A stretch of DNA of 64,000 bases from Chiloscyllium plagiosum (taxonomy: Eukaryota), in contig NC_057719.1 in assembly GCF_004010195.1 (NCBI RefSeq), forward strand, positions 45,564,658 to 45,628,657. The letters run 5' to 3'. A program made the position numbers and the translations under genes. The notes under the pieces were generated by a model. It was not told the origin of the DNA. It did no database searches and worked only from the letters and a program-made list of their open reading frames with translations. Shown one piece after another: positions 1-12,169 of this stretch (within the stretch, counting starts at the first letter, position 1; every line of letters starts with the position of its first letter).

Positions 1-450
1 CTTCCTTCAGTAAGGACACCCAACACTGTACACAGCATTCCAGATGTGGTCTCATCAGTGCTCTGTACAGCTGAAGCATAACCTCACTGATTTTGTATTC
101 AATTCCCTTCACAATAAGTGATAACATTCTAGTAACTTACCTATTTTTAATTGCTGTACCTGCAGGCTAACTTTTTGTGCACAAGTTGCCTCGATCCCTC
201 CAAATCTCAGAACTCTGCAATCTCTCACTGTTTAAAGCATTAAACTAAGCATTTTAAATAAGGATTTTTATTCTTCCTGCCAAATTGGTCAACTTCACAT
301 AGATTTTACACTCCATCTGTCAGATCTTAACTAAATAATCTGATCTCCAAATCATTTAAACTATTTATATCCTTAGGTCCTTGTCATAACTAAATTTCCT
401 ACCTATCTTTGTGTCAATTTAGTAACCATGACTTCAGTCCCTTCATTCAA
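1..450 (-). mobile_element. CR1 LINE ORF2 (RT C-terminal) fragment, decayed
   Basis: Resembles the antisense CR1 text seen at 12700-13000 and 16180-16860 (e.g. actgtacacagcattccagatgtggtc, the reverse of the 'HLEYCVQFW' region). Confidence 0.75.
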
Positions 451-599
451 GTCATGCTTCACTCCACATGATATCAAGAAATGGCTGAAGACTGAATGCT
501 ACAAAGGTTATATCTCCTTTTAAAATTCTGGAAATAATGCTTAAGAGACAGAACATAAATTCCTGGGAAAAAAATCAGCAGGTCTGGCAGCATAACTAC

Positions 600-1975
600 A
601 AAATGCTTCGAGAGGTTAGTCATGGCTCACATCAACTTCAGCCGAGCAAATTGCCATTGTCCTTTGCAATTCATCTACCGGCACAATAGGCCCTGGCCCT
701 ACACTCATCCCTGAAACATGTGGATATCAAGTATAGAAGAGAAAATGAGGTCTGCAGATGCTGGAGATCAGAGATGGAAATGTGTTGCTGGAGAAGCGCA
801 GCAGGTCAGGCAGCATCTAGGGAACAGGAGAATCGACGTTTCGGGCATTAGCCCTTCTTCAGGAAACCAACGATATCAAGTATACCCAAGTCAAGTGTTT
901 ACTTATTGACTACAATTCGACCTCCAACATCATAATTCCAAACAAATGCATCTTTAAATTCTGAGACCTAAGTCTCACCTCCTCTCCTCTATAACTGGAT
1001 CCTCTACATCCTGATCCATAGACAGCAATCAGTAAGAATTAGCGACAACCCCTCCTCCACCACGTTCCTCAACACCGGTGCCCTGCAAGGCTGTGTACTC
1101 AGCCCCCTACTATACTCCTTATACACTTATGTCTGTATGGTCAAATTCTGCTCCAAATCCATTTACAAGTTTGCTAATGACACCACTGTTGTTGGTTAAA
1201 CATCAAACAATGAGACAGAATACAGGAAAGAGACTGAGTGCTTAGCAGCATTTTGTAAAGATTACAATCTACATCAGAAAAATGAAGGACCTGGTCATTG
1301 ATGTCAGGAAGCCATGTGAAAGGCAGGCCCCTGTCTGCATCAATGGTGCTGAGGTGGAAATAGTCAAGAGTGTCAAGTTCCTGGGAGTAATGGTCATCAA
1401 CAATCTGTCTGGGTCCACCCACGTTATCGCAATGGTCAAGAGAGTACAACAATGTCTCCACTTCCTCAGTAGGCTAAGGAAATTTGGCATGTCCCCAGAT
1501 TTTAGACATGCACCATAGAAAGCATTCTATTTGGATGCACTGCATGATATGGCAACTGCTCTTCCCAAGACCGCAAGAAACTACAAACATCCAAGTCCAT
1601 CACGCAAACCAGCTTCCCTTCCATTGACTCCACCTATACTTCCTAATGCCTGGAAAAGCAACCAACATAATCAAAGACCTCTTCCACTGTGGTTATACTC
1701 TCTTCCACCTTCTTCCGCTGGGCAGAATATACAAAGGTTTGAATACATGCATGAATAGACACAAGAACAGCTTCGTCCCCGCTGTTGTCAGAATTTTTAT
1801 TTGCCCTCTGACCTCTCTTTCTCTGCACCTTCTCTGTGGCTGTAACACTGTATTCTACACTCTGTTCTGCTACCCTGATACAAATTGTATGATACAATTT
1901 GACTGTATAGCACACAAAACAACACTTTTCACGGTCTCTCAGTACATGTGACAATAATAAATCAATCAATCAATC
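600..1975 (+). mobile_element. Rex1/Babar-type LINE, 3' part of RT
   Basis: Translates to TGALQGCVLSPLLYSLYT, KFAND, INGAEVEIVKSVKFLGV and QQCLHFLSRLRKFGMS; ends in a ...catgtgacaataataaa(tcaa)n tail. Confidence 0.85.
736..871 (-). mobile_element. Penelope-derived terminal repeat (family 1) with hammerhead motif
   Basis: Minus strand reads CTGAAGA-A-GGGC taat GCCC-GAAACGTC. 13-bp TSD gatatcaagtata at 723-735 and 872-884. Confidence 0.85.
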
Positions 1976-1984
1976 GGTAGCGTT

Positions 1985-2141
1985 GGTGGAAAGAAAGCAA
2001 GATTAATGTTCTGGGCTTCAGAACTGGACCCAAATCGTTAACTCTGATTTCTGTCCACAGATGCTGCCAGGCCTGCTGGGTTTTTCCAGAAATTTCTGTT
2101 TTTGTTTCTGATTTTCAGCATCGACAGTTCTTTCGATTTTT
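1985..2141 (+). mobile_element. Penelope-derived terminal repeat (family 3); partner arm at 547-595
   Basis: ctggacccaaatcgttaactctg...cagatgctgccaggcctgctg matches 11418-11513. Degenerate TSD aataatgcttaaga / aatagtatttaaga at 533-546 and 2142-2155. Confidence 0.7.
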
Positions 2142-3424
2142 AATAGTATTTAAGACTTGTGTTCCAGAAATACCCACATCCTTAGCCAGGTTTCTCAAGT
2201 ATAATTACAACACTGGCATTTACTTGGAAATATGGAAAATTGCCCAATTATGTCCTGTGTGCAAGGAAAGGACAAATCCAACCAGTCAATTATGCAAACC
2301 AGTCTAGTCTCAATTATAGTAATGGTAACAGTCATTTCACTTGTTCAGCAATAATCTGCTCACTGAAAAACCATTTGAGCCTACCAACGCCTTACTTCAA
2401 CACAGCATTGATCAAAATGTGATCAAAGATTTAGAACTAAGAGGTGAGCTTAGTGTGACTACCTTTACTGTCAATTCAGCATTTGACTGAATGTGCTATC
2501 AAGGATCCCCAGAAGGACTGAAGTTAATGGAAATCAGGCAAGGCAACCTTCCAGTGATTGGAGTCAAACTGAACACAAAAAGAAGATAGGTGTGTTTGTA
2601 GGACACCAATCATCTAGCCTCAGAGCATTGTTGCTGAACGTTTTCATTGTAGCGTCCCGGGCAAACTATCTTCAGCTTCGCTCATAAGATCAGAGATGGG
2701 GATGATCACTGATGATTACACAATGGTTAGTGTAATTTATGAGATGCTGGAACAATCCATGCTTTTATGCAACAAAACCTCCAAATTTGGGCTGATAAGT
2801 GGCATGTAGCCACTCCACACAACTTCCAAGTAATGGCTACCTCCAACAAGACCATTGAATTTCAATAGTATTAATTCATTGAACATTCATTTTCAACATT
2901 CTAGGGGTTTCCACTGGCCAGAAAGTGAACTGAACCAACCATTTATATATAATTGTTAAAACTGCAGGTCAGAAGTTAGGACCACAGCTAGCTGTGGTAA
3001 GTAATGCATCTCCTGATAATCTACAAAGCATAAATAAATTGCTTTCCACTTGTCTATGTTGATGAGTACAACTCTGAACAACACTCAGGAAACTCAACAA
3101 AATCCAAAACAAAATCACCTGCTTGACTGGTATTTTATCCACCACTTGCAACATTCACTCCTTCCATTACCAATACATAATGCCATCGATAAGATACATA
3201 GTTAAAACGAATCAAGGCTATTTAACAACATTTTCCAAGCCATCAATCTTTATCACTTAAAAGGAAAAGACAAGCAGCTGCACAGGAATGCTGTGAGCTC
3301 CTAATTTTAGCACATTCTGTCCTGACTTGGAAATATTTCGCCAGCATTATGGGTGTCTCTACCCCTCACGGAGAGTAATCAGGGATTCTGGTGGAGCCAG
3401 AGACATCAAAATGCTGTGAAAGGA

Positions 3425-3890
3425 GATGAGAATATGTCATTTCTGGGCACCACCTTTTAGGAAGGACATGAAGACATGAGAGAGTGTACAGAACTTTGAT
3501 TATGTGAGAGAATTGAGATACTGGGGCTGTTCTCTTTTAAGAACACTGGATAAAGAGTTGCTTTGACTGTGGTGTTAATAGTCATGAGGCATCTAGGTAG
3601 ATAGAGGGACATTGTTCCTAAAAAGATCGAGAACTAGAGGACATTAATTTTGGCAAAAGAAATAAAGATGACATGAGAAAGAACATGGTTATGCTCTGGA
3701 ATGCACTGCCTGCTCATCATCAAGGTATATTCAATCAGGCAATTTTGAAAAATGATAATTACCTAAAGATAAGTAATTTTTAGGTCTCTGCAGAAATGAC
3801 AGTGAACACAGACACAGAAAACTGACTGAAACATTTTGGAGCAAATGTCCTTCTTCTATGTTGCATCCATTCTATGGTTTTATGAATCTA
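3425..3890 (+). mobile_element. CR1 LINE 3' fragment, old
   Basis: ttctgggcaccaccttttaggaaggacat and ctggaatgcactgcct, followed by a (ttctatg)-type tail. Confidence 0.7.
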
Positions 3891-5564
3891 TGTCAAGTAT
3901 CTCATCAGTTCTCTAATCATTTGTCAGACTACGTGCTCTCAATCTCTCAATCATGCTGAACATAATGTAAACAAATGTGTAAAAGCAAGTTTTCTTAGGT
4001 GTACTCTTCACAAAGAAAATTTGTTCTTACTGTTCACATGATGACATTCCATTGCCATTAGTAGAGGTCAAGATGTCTTCACTTACTTTTGGAACTGGTT
4101 GTATCCTTCTTATTAATGGGAAATAACCACAGAATTCATTCCAGGGTTTTAGTATCCTGCATGAGTCACAGTTCTATCTTAAATGGTTTGCAATATTTCA
4201 TGAATCATGTGTTAAAGATTGTAATTGAAATTTTACATTAATATGATAAGAAACAATTATGGATATGATAAAAGAATTGAATTGAATTTATTGTCAGTAC
4301 TTTTAGGAATTCAAGACTAGCCAAGGACCAAGATTCAGTTTATTTACATTGCTTCCTTTATTTGTGATAGGGAACTTTCTTATTGAATGAAAAATCTATG
4401 TAAAGACAAAAAAAAATGTAGATAAGCATCAATATTAGAAAAGAAAAAAGAAAAGAGGTAAATGAAGCAGTATTGACTAAGTGGTGATAAGTTTAGATTT
4501 GAAGTCTCTAGACTGCAAACAGAAAAACAAAGTGAGATAAGTACCGTGTTCCATAGAACTAAACATATTAATCATCAAATTATAAAATCTGCAGCCTATC
4601 AGCATGAACATTTTGTGAGGAAAATGTGCTCACATTATTTCCAGCATTAACTTTGCGGAGATCCTACTCTGTCTGATTTACTAATTTACTATTGGTCTGT
4701 CTGGCAATTTATCATCAGAACTTTTATAAATTGCATACATTTATCTGAGTTTTCTGTTGAGTATCTGAGCTTACATTATTGGCGATGTGCCCAAAGCTTG
4801 GATTTGATGAATACATCATTGATTTTATATATAAACCCAGGGCTACCAACTCTAGGTTATTGTTATAAAATACAAAGGCCAATTAAATGTGCCGTTAATC
4901 TTAAAATAGTAAATTACATCATTTATCCGAAACAGTTGTAGTTCCATTTACTCTACTATGTAAAGATAGTATGTGAGTTATATGGGTGGGCTATTGAAAA
5001 TATACAGAATGTACAGTACTCTGGCAAAAGTTCATATAACTTTCAAAAGCGTCTGGATTTCCAGGCTTCACCAGGCTTCATGTTACCATGACCATTTCTT
5101 TGCCATTGGCTCCTTGCATGTGGCAAGCAACAATTATATGTTATGTACCACGAGATATTTTTCACAGACTCACATCACACACATAGATTGTCTGTTGTAT
5201 TGACTAATAGTGTCTCCCATGTTCCCTATCCCGAAGAAATCTCTTTTCTATCTCTTTGTAAGAGAAGGCCATACATAACTGGCAACAGTACATACAGCCT
5301 AGAATAGTGTAAATGCAGCCACAATCTTTTAAACCTTAGCAGGACAGACTATTTTGGATCTGAATAGATAGAGCAAGTCAGAATATTTACATCAGTCTAA
5401 GGAGCACTTATGTGCTGGGGTCTGGAATTTTGATTTCACAAAACCCCCTCAAAAAGCAAATTAGTTACCGTTAGCATTTTATGCAGTTACATTAAAGCAT
5501 GATATGTCACCCGCAACTCACTAGGAATCCAGAACATCCAAGTACACAGTGATGTGAAATCCAA

Positions 5565-6435
5565 CCAAGCATTTTTTTATTTGCCCATTAAACATCAATG
5601 TCATTGCAAATCCTTAACTGCTGTTGAGAAGGTGATGACAAACTGCTTTCCTGAATTGCTGCATTCAATTCAGGACATCCACAGAGATGTTAAGGATGGA
5701 GTTAGGCCAGCATTAGGCCAGCAGTGCTGCATTTGTATATGAACTGCTTCCTATCTGAGGAATTGCAAATGACACTAAACACACTGCAACTATAAGCAAA
5801 CATTCTCATTCCTGACCCAATGATGGAAGGAAGGCTACTGATGAACAGTGAAGGAACTGCGATATAGTTTCAAACAAAAGTGGTGTGTGACTTGGAGAGG
5901 AAGTTGTGAGTGATGATATTGCTGAGCATTTGCAGCCCTCTTCCTTCTATCTGGAGGAGTTTGCAAGTTTGGTAGATGCTGACAAAGCAGTCTTAGTGAA
6001 TATTCCATCACTTTCCTAAGTATTGCCTTGCAGATGATGCACACACTTTGGGGAGGCAGAAAACTGAGTTTTTCACCACACAATTCCCAATTCACAATAC
6101 ACTTGTAGCAACAATATTTATGTATCTAGTCTGGTTAAGTTTGTGGTCAATGTGAACCACAAGGATATTAATCGTGGAGTATTCAGTAATGGTAATAATA
6201 TTAAATGTTGATGATATAGTTAGATTTGCTTTTTGTTGGGGATAGATCTTCTCATATGCTCATCCTGGTGTGAATGTAACTTGCCTCTGAAAGTTGTAAC
6301 TTAAATGTTGTCCAGATATGGATATGGATTGCTTCAGCCTCTGAGGAATCTCAAATGGCACTAAGTATCATACAGTTGTCAGCAAACATCCTCACTTCTA
6401 ACTTAACAATAGTGAAAAGGTCATTGACGAAGAGA
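5565..6435 (-). mobile_element. CR1-clade LINE (family B) 3' fragment
   Basis: Reverse complement of 21750-22580 (gagaaggtg; cagatgatgcacacact; ggattgcttcagcctctgagg). Confidence 0.7.
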
Positions 6436-7344
6436 TGCAGAACTGAAAGAAGCCATTAGAATTCAGTATAGCAAATTGGCAGAAAAGTGAGATGGAATCA
6501 GGGGACTTTGGCGCTACCTGCCAGGTCCTTCTTCATTTCCTATCGGTCATCCATTTTCTCTCTTGTCACACACCCTTAACGTGGTAGATGACCACATCAA
6601 TGAGTATGCTATTCTATTGAGCCTTGTTTACTCCTGCTGAAGGGGACTAGCAGTGGATGCTACCACTTGTACAATACCCAGGTGATCCAATATACCCATA
6701 CATATAACCTCCACTTTTGCCAGCAAAGATGGAACAACAGATCAAAACGTGCATGTAAATATTCAGATAACATAAATGAAGGCTTATTTTCCTTGTACAG
6801 TTATCAATCCTTGAGTTCTACTGTCAAATTAGTTTGTATGTGACTTGCATTATTGTCAGGGTTTGCAATGTTGTATTTAATCGAAAGTTTCCAATGGCCC
6901 CTGTGACAGATATTGCTCAAGTCTACACTCAGAGGGAATATTTATTTATTTTATCAAACAGAGAAAAAGTCTCCAACGTATGTCTACATAATAGCACTGA
7001 ATTGTCATATTTTCCTTACTTTCAGAGGATGATATTAGCTTAGAAGAAATATGATACAATTTTGCAATACAGTGTGGGTAATGAGTCATATGATGGTGCT
7101 GAAGGAAGTTAATTTGCTAACTTTAAAGCAATACCATGTGAAGGGAAAGAGTAGTTTGTGCTTTTAAATGAAAGTCAATATAAGGTATTATTTTTTAATG
7201 TTCAGAAGCTTCTGAAAGAGCTATGTATCTATAATTCATGTGAGTGATTAAGAGGTTCAGTTGATGGTTTGTGTTGGTGAATCACTGGAGAAGGCTTTGC
7301 AGAATAGAATTAGAGACATGCCTGAAAATTCATAAATCTTTGAT

Positions 7345-7455
7345 ATTTTCTATTCCCTTGTGGGACATGGACATCAGTGGCGGGTTTGTATTTTTTGCCC
7401 ATCCCTAGTTGCCCTTGAGAAGGTGGTAGTGAGCTGCCTCTGGATCTGCTGCCTT
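7345..7455 (-). mobile_element. 3' tail of LINE family B or its partner SINE
   Basis: gcccatccctagttgcccttgagaaggtggtagtgagc is the reverse complement of 22500-22530. Confidence 0.75.
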
Positions 7456-7794
7456 AAGTACCAGAATATACTACTAGGGACCTTTTCCACTGATCCCACT
7501 GGAAGAGTCAAGGTCGGGGGGGAGTTGCTTCTTTTATGATATGGTATATCTAGACATCTTGGGTATCCAGCAAAACTAGGGTGCAAATTGGGTGGTGAAT
7601 GCAGATAGGGTTGGAAAATGTGGCACTGGCTTAACATGCATGTTTACATCAGTAACTCCTGCCAAACCAGCAAATTTTAAAAAGGTCACCGGGCTCCTCA
7701 TATGGGAGAAAATCTGTCAGAATTCTTCAAGGATCCAAGCCATACTTGTATATTATTTGAGTTCTAATTCATAAAACAATTCATACATCAAGGA

Positions 7795-8097
7795 TGGAAT
7801 GGCGAAGTCAGTGTTTGGCACTGCAGGCTACCAGTACCAGGGACCCAGGTTCAATTATTGCTTTGGGCAACAGTCTGTGTGGAGTTTGCACATTTTCTGC
7901 CTGGGTTTCCTCCCACAGTCCAAAGATGTGCAAGTGACTTGGCCATGCTAAATTGCCAGTAGTGTCCAGGGATGTGCAGGCTAGGTGGATCAGCCATGGG
8001 AAATGCAGAAATGTTGGGTCTGGGTGGAATGTTCTTCAGAGGGTCAGAGCGGACTAGATGGGCCGAATGGCCTGATTCAATGCTGTCAGGAATCTAT
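7795..8097 (+). mobile_element. HE1-type tRNA-derived SINE
   Basis: tRNA-like head (gggacccaggttcaatt), core gtctgtgtggagtttgcaca, CR1-like tail gggccgaatggcctg. Confidence 0.85.
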
Positions 8098-8476
8098 TTT
8101 TTTTTAATATTATGAAGGTCAAATCTCATTCTAGTTTCTGAACCCTCTAATATATTTCAAGAGTAATATGTGACTAAATTAAAAATACAAAATAGTTAGC
8201 AGGTGTGATAGTACTTGGGGAGGGAGAAACAGAGTTCAGGCTTCCCTTGTGTAAATCCTTCCTCTCCCCTTTCCTTTACTGACAATGGTTAGATCTGTTA
8301 ATGGGGACAGGATTTGTGTAGCTTCACATCTCAATGAAAACCTGGGGCAACGTTTCCATCTATTTGTAGCAGATGATGTGGCACTGGAGTGTTGGTGGCT
8401 GGTGAGAGGGAAGAATGGATTAGAGATTTAGGTTGAGAGAAACTCTTAAAAGAGACAAAGTGGCTAGATGACCAAG

Positions 8477-8752
8477 AGGTGACACAGTAGCTTAGTCATT
8501 AGCATTACTGCCTCACCGCATCAGGGACCTGGGTTCGATTCTGCTCTTGGGTGACTGTGTGAAGTTTGCACATTCTCCCTTTGTCTGCGAGGGTTTCAAC
8601 CCACAATCCAAAGGTTGTCAGATATGGTGGGTTGGCCATGGGAAATGCAGGGTTACGGAAATAGAGGTGTGGGTCTGGTTGGAATACTCTTTGGAGGGTT
8701 GGTGCAGACTTGATGGGTTGAATGGCCTGCTTCCATACTGTAGGGACTCAAT
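8477..8752 (+). mobile_element. HE1-type SINE
   Basis: Same head, core and tail as 49544-49842. Confidence 0.85.
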
Positions 8753-10619
8753 GAGTGTGGTATTTTTGGTTTGCTGATTCTTTTACTTTTTAGAGCATGT
8801 TCTATTTAAGTTTGAAACTTGTTTTAATTTCAAATATGGTTCCCTGACTTACTGTATTTTCCGTCACTTACACTTTCCAATCATGATCCATTCACTTATG
8901 TATACACATTTTTTTTCTTTTATTTCTTGGATGTCTATTTCAATTACATGACTGGGATGATTTGTTAAACTGCAAAGTAATTATATCGATACTTCCACTC
9001 AGTATTTGTTTGCCGGTTATCTACTCCCCTTCCTTCTTTTCTCTCATTTAGTTAATAAGCCTGTTACTATCTCACTTTTTCAGTTCTAAAGAAGATTACA
9101 AGCCCAGATTATTGAGATTTATTCTACAGATGTCGATTGATCTGCTGTACTGTATTAATTTTAGAACTCCTTTTTTTAATTTCTATGTCATATTTTATTA
9201 TTGCTGTCAATTGTATTTTTCATATTGTTGACCAAAATGAAACATATACCAGCACGCAATAGAAAATTCACTTTAACTTGGCAATATTTCAAAAATTATC
9301 TTTCTTTAATGTATTCAAGGTCAAGTAGCAGCAAGTATATACTGTATTGGCCTTGCTGCATGTTACCTCATTGAGGTAAAAAGCCATTAGACAGATGCTG
9401 CAGTATTCAAACTAAAATTATTACGTCTATGTAAATACATGCGCCACATTCCAATGAACTGAAACTAAACTGATGGATTTTCTCGTGAATAAAGTGCTTT
9501 ATTTGAGGATTTGTAACATCTGGGCATGGTTGGAGTTTTGCAAGAATCTTTTGCAATCCTCTTATTGCAAGCTATGATGAAGGAGTACTTCCCATTCTAC
9601 GTTTTTGAACTAATAAGCTCCTCTTGAAGTTGTATTCAAGTGAAGTTTCTTACCACTCACCACACCTTTTTAAAACTTGCTGTCTCCCCTCTCAGCATTA
9701 TGTTCACAATGAAGCTTCTCCCCACTCACCACATTCTTTTAACATTTGTTGCCTCCTCTATCAAACCTCACAAGCCTTACAAATTACAAAGATGTGGGTA
9801 TAAGTGTCTTGATTCCATAACCCTCTGGTTTTCAGGTCAAGCACGTTTAGGGATGCATGATAATTTTGTAGGCTGCATTTTCTGACCTCCTGATGCCTGG
9901 GCACTGTACAGGTACACTTCACTTTGTTCACTGCTTGACCAGATTTTATGGCATAGGGATTAAAAGCCAAACCAAATCATCCTCACAATCACTGGACTCA
10001 CAATACATTGAAATTAAGATATTCAATGTCCCTCAAATATTTGCTCAATTGTTCCTAACCAGACTTTACAAACAAATCTTGGACACCAACTTTAAAAATT
10101 AACAACTTTAATAAGGGAACTTTAGCACAGCACAGATGATCTACAAGCAAAACTAATTAATATCTCCAATCTAAGTCCAATCTTCTTTGATCACCAAACC
10201 TCACTCACACACTAATAGACAGACAGACACAACTAACGGATACATTTTTTAAAAACATAAAAGAATCATAAGTTGCCAGTTCAACAACTGTTTCAGCAAT
10301 GAATACCAAATCTTTATACCATGCTTTTCAGCGATAAAGAATTAAAACTAGTTCTGTGGAGGTTGGCGACATTTCATCTCTACTTCTGTCATGGACAGGC
10401 AGGAAACAGGATTTTCTTCACAACATGGAGAGCAAATGTTGCCCGTATTCCTTGCTTTGTAATTATTAACCATAGCAAAGACTTAATGAACACTAGAAAA
10501 TGAAATTCCAGTCAGTCAGAAGCTGAGTCAGTGTTTGTGAAATGATATGGTGGACATGTTAGACATTTTGGAGAAGCTTTTGAAATGAGTAAAACCCTAA
10601 CTTATTCAGTAGCCCAATT

Positions 10620-10982
10620 TAAAAAAAAAATTCATGCACAGGATTGCGCACATCGCTGGCTAACCAACATTTATTTCCCATCCCTAATTGCCCAGAGGGC
10701 AGTTAAGAATCAACCACATTGCTGCAGGTCTGGAGCCACATGTAAACCAGATAAGTTAAGGTTGGCAGCTTCCTTCCCTAAAGGAGATTAGTGAACCAAA
10801 TGGGTTTTTCCAACAATCAACAACGACTTCACGGTCATCATTAGACACTTAATTCATAACTTTTTAATTGGAATTCAAATTCCACCATCAGCTGTGGCAG
10901 GATTCAATCCCAAGTTTGCAAAATATTATTTGAGTCTCTGATTAACAGTCCAGCGATAGTATCGCTAAGCTATCATCTCCCT
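10620..10982 (-). mobile_element. tRNA-headed SINE with LINE family B tail
   Basis: Reverse complement of 34241-34576. Confidence 0.8.
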
Positions 10983-11352
10983 AGTAAGTACAACTAATTA
11001 TTTCAAGTAGTACTTAAAATAGTCACATGATGTTTGAAATTATTCTTTTATTATTGCTAAACTCCAAATTTTAACACTTCAAAATTCCTGCTGGAATATA
11101 ACATGTTTATTGAGAGGGGCACCAAAATTGAATTGAAGTTCAACACATAAACATGAGGCTGTCCCTTTCGGTTGTAAGAATAGGGAGGCCATTTATTGCT
11201 GGAAGATGAGGTAGAATGTGAAGCAATTGCTGAGTACAAACATACTAATAACTAAAGATTGTGCTATAGGTTAGCAAAGCCATACGAAAAGTCAACTTCT
11301 CGTGAGACAAATTACCAGGTTCAGGAACTGTGCTAAACTAATATTGAATCTT

Positions 11353-11513
11353 AAAAACCAAAAAAAACTGCGGATGCTTTGAAACAGAAACAAAAGCAGA
11401 AGTTACTGGAGTTAAGTTCCTCAGTTCTGAGAAAGGGTCACTGGACCCGAAACGTTAACTTTAATTTCTCTTCACAGATGTCGTCAGCCCTGCTGAGCTT
11501 TTCCAACAACTTC
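11353..11513 (+). mobile_element. Penelope-derived family 3 insertion with hammerhead-like motif and partial inverted arms
   Basis: agtt-CTGAGAA-A-GGGTC..GACCC-GAAACGTT-aact at 11423-11460. 13-bp TSD aatattgaatctt at 11340-11352 and 11514-11526. Confidence 0.8.
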
Positions 11514-12169
11514 AATATTGAATCTTGGTTAAATCACACTTAGTGTTTTGGTCACCCTATTATAAAAAGATTACACACTGGAGAGGCTGCAGACAAGATT
11601 TACAATGATAATATCAGAATTCAGGAAAGGGGCAGCCAGTCAGCCAGCCCCAGATGAGAAGTTTCCAGACCTGTGACTGGTGGCTGTACATCTCTTAATT
11701 GTGTTAACCCTATTCCCTGGGCTAGCCCCTTTCGACCCACAGGACTGACTGTGACTCACTCCCTGGACCACAAGGACATGGCTCCCTCCCATTCACTCCC
11801 TAAACTGAGAACACTCCAATTGGATGCTGATTGGATGACTGAAATTAAAGGCTGCCTTTAGACTGCCTGGGCTGGGTCACCCTGACAGATAGTGCCTCTA
11901 TGGACTTTGGTGAAGACTACTCCTCTAAGACTTTGGGAGATACTGCATGTGCAGTCAGGAGATGTTGTTGGAGAGATTGCTGTTTTTACACCATGTTGCT
12001 AAACACTCTATCTTATTCCTCTATTCTGTCTCATCGTTATTTGAGATCCAACCTACAGAGATTATGTTGCCAGCAAACTTGTAAATGGACTTTGCAGAAT
12101 TTGGCCACGTAGTCATGTGTTTATAAAGAGTATAGTAAGGAGCTGAGTATGCAGCCTTGCAGGGCATCA

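Larger units (their letters stand above)
455..3345 (+). mobile_element. CR1-clade LINE (family B), decayed and split by nested inserts at ~547-2141
   Basis: 455-546 (ctccacatgatatcaagaaatggctg) and 2142-3345 are collinear with the better-preserved copy at 20910-22580. Confidence 0.75.

Noticed and set aside
5174..5330. Minus-strand TKR*KRDFFGIGN, resembling an envelope furin site and fusion peptide
   Set aside because: There are in-frame stops on both sides and no supporting env or pol context; too short to support without a search.
9510..10290. Possible antisense LTR fragment
   Set aside because: No paired termini, TSD or second copy could be established.
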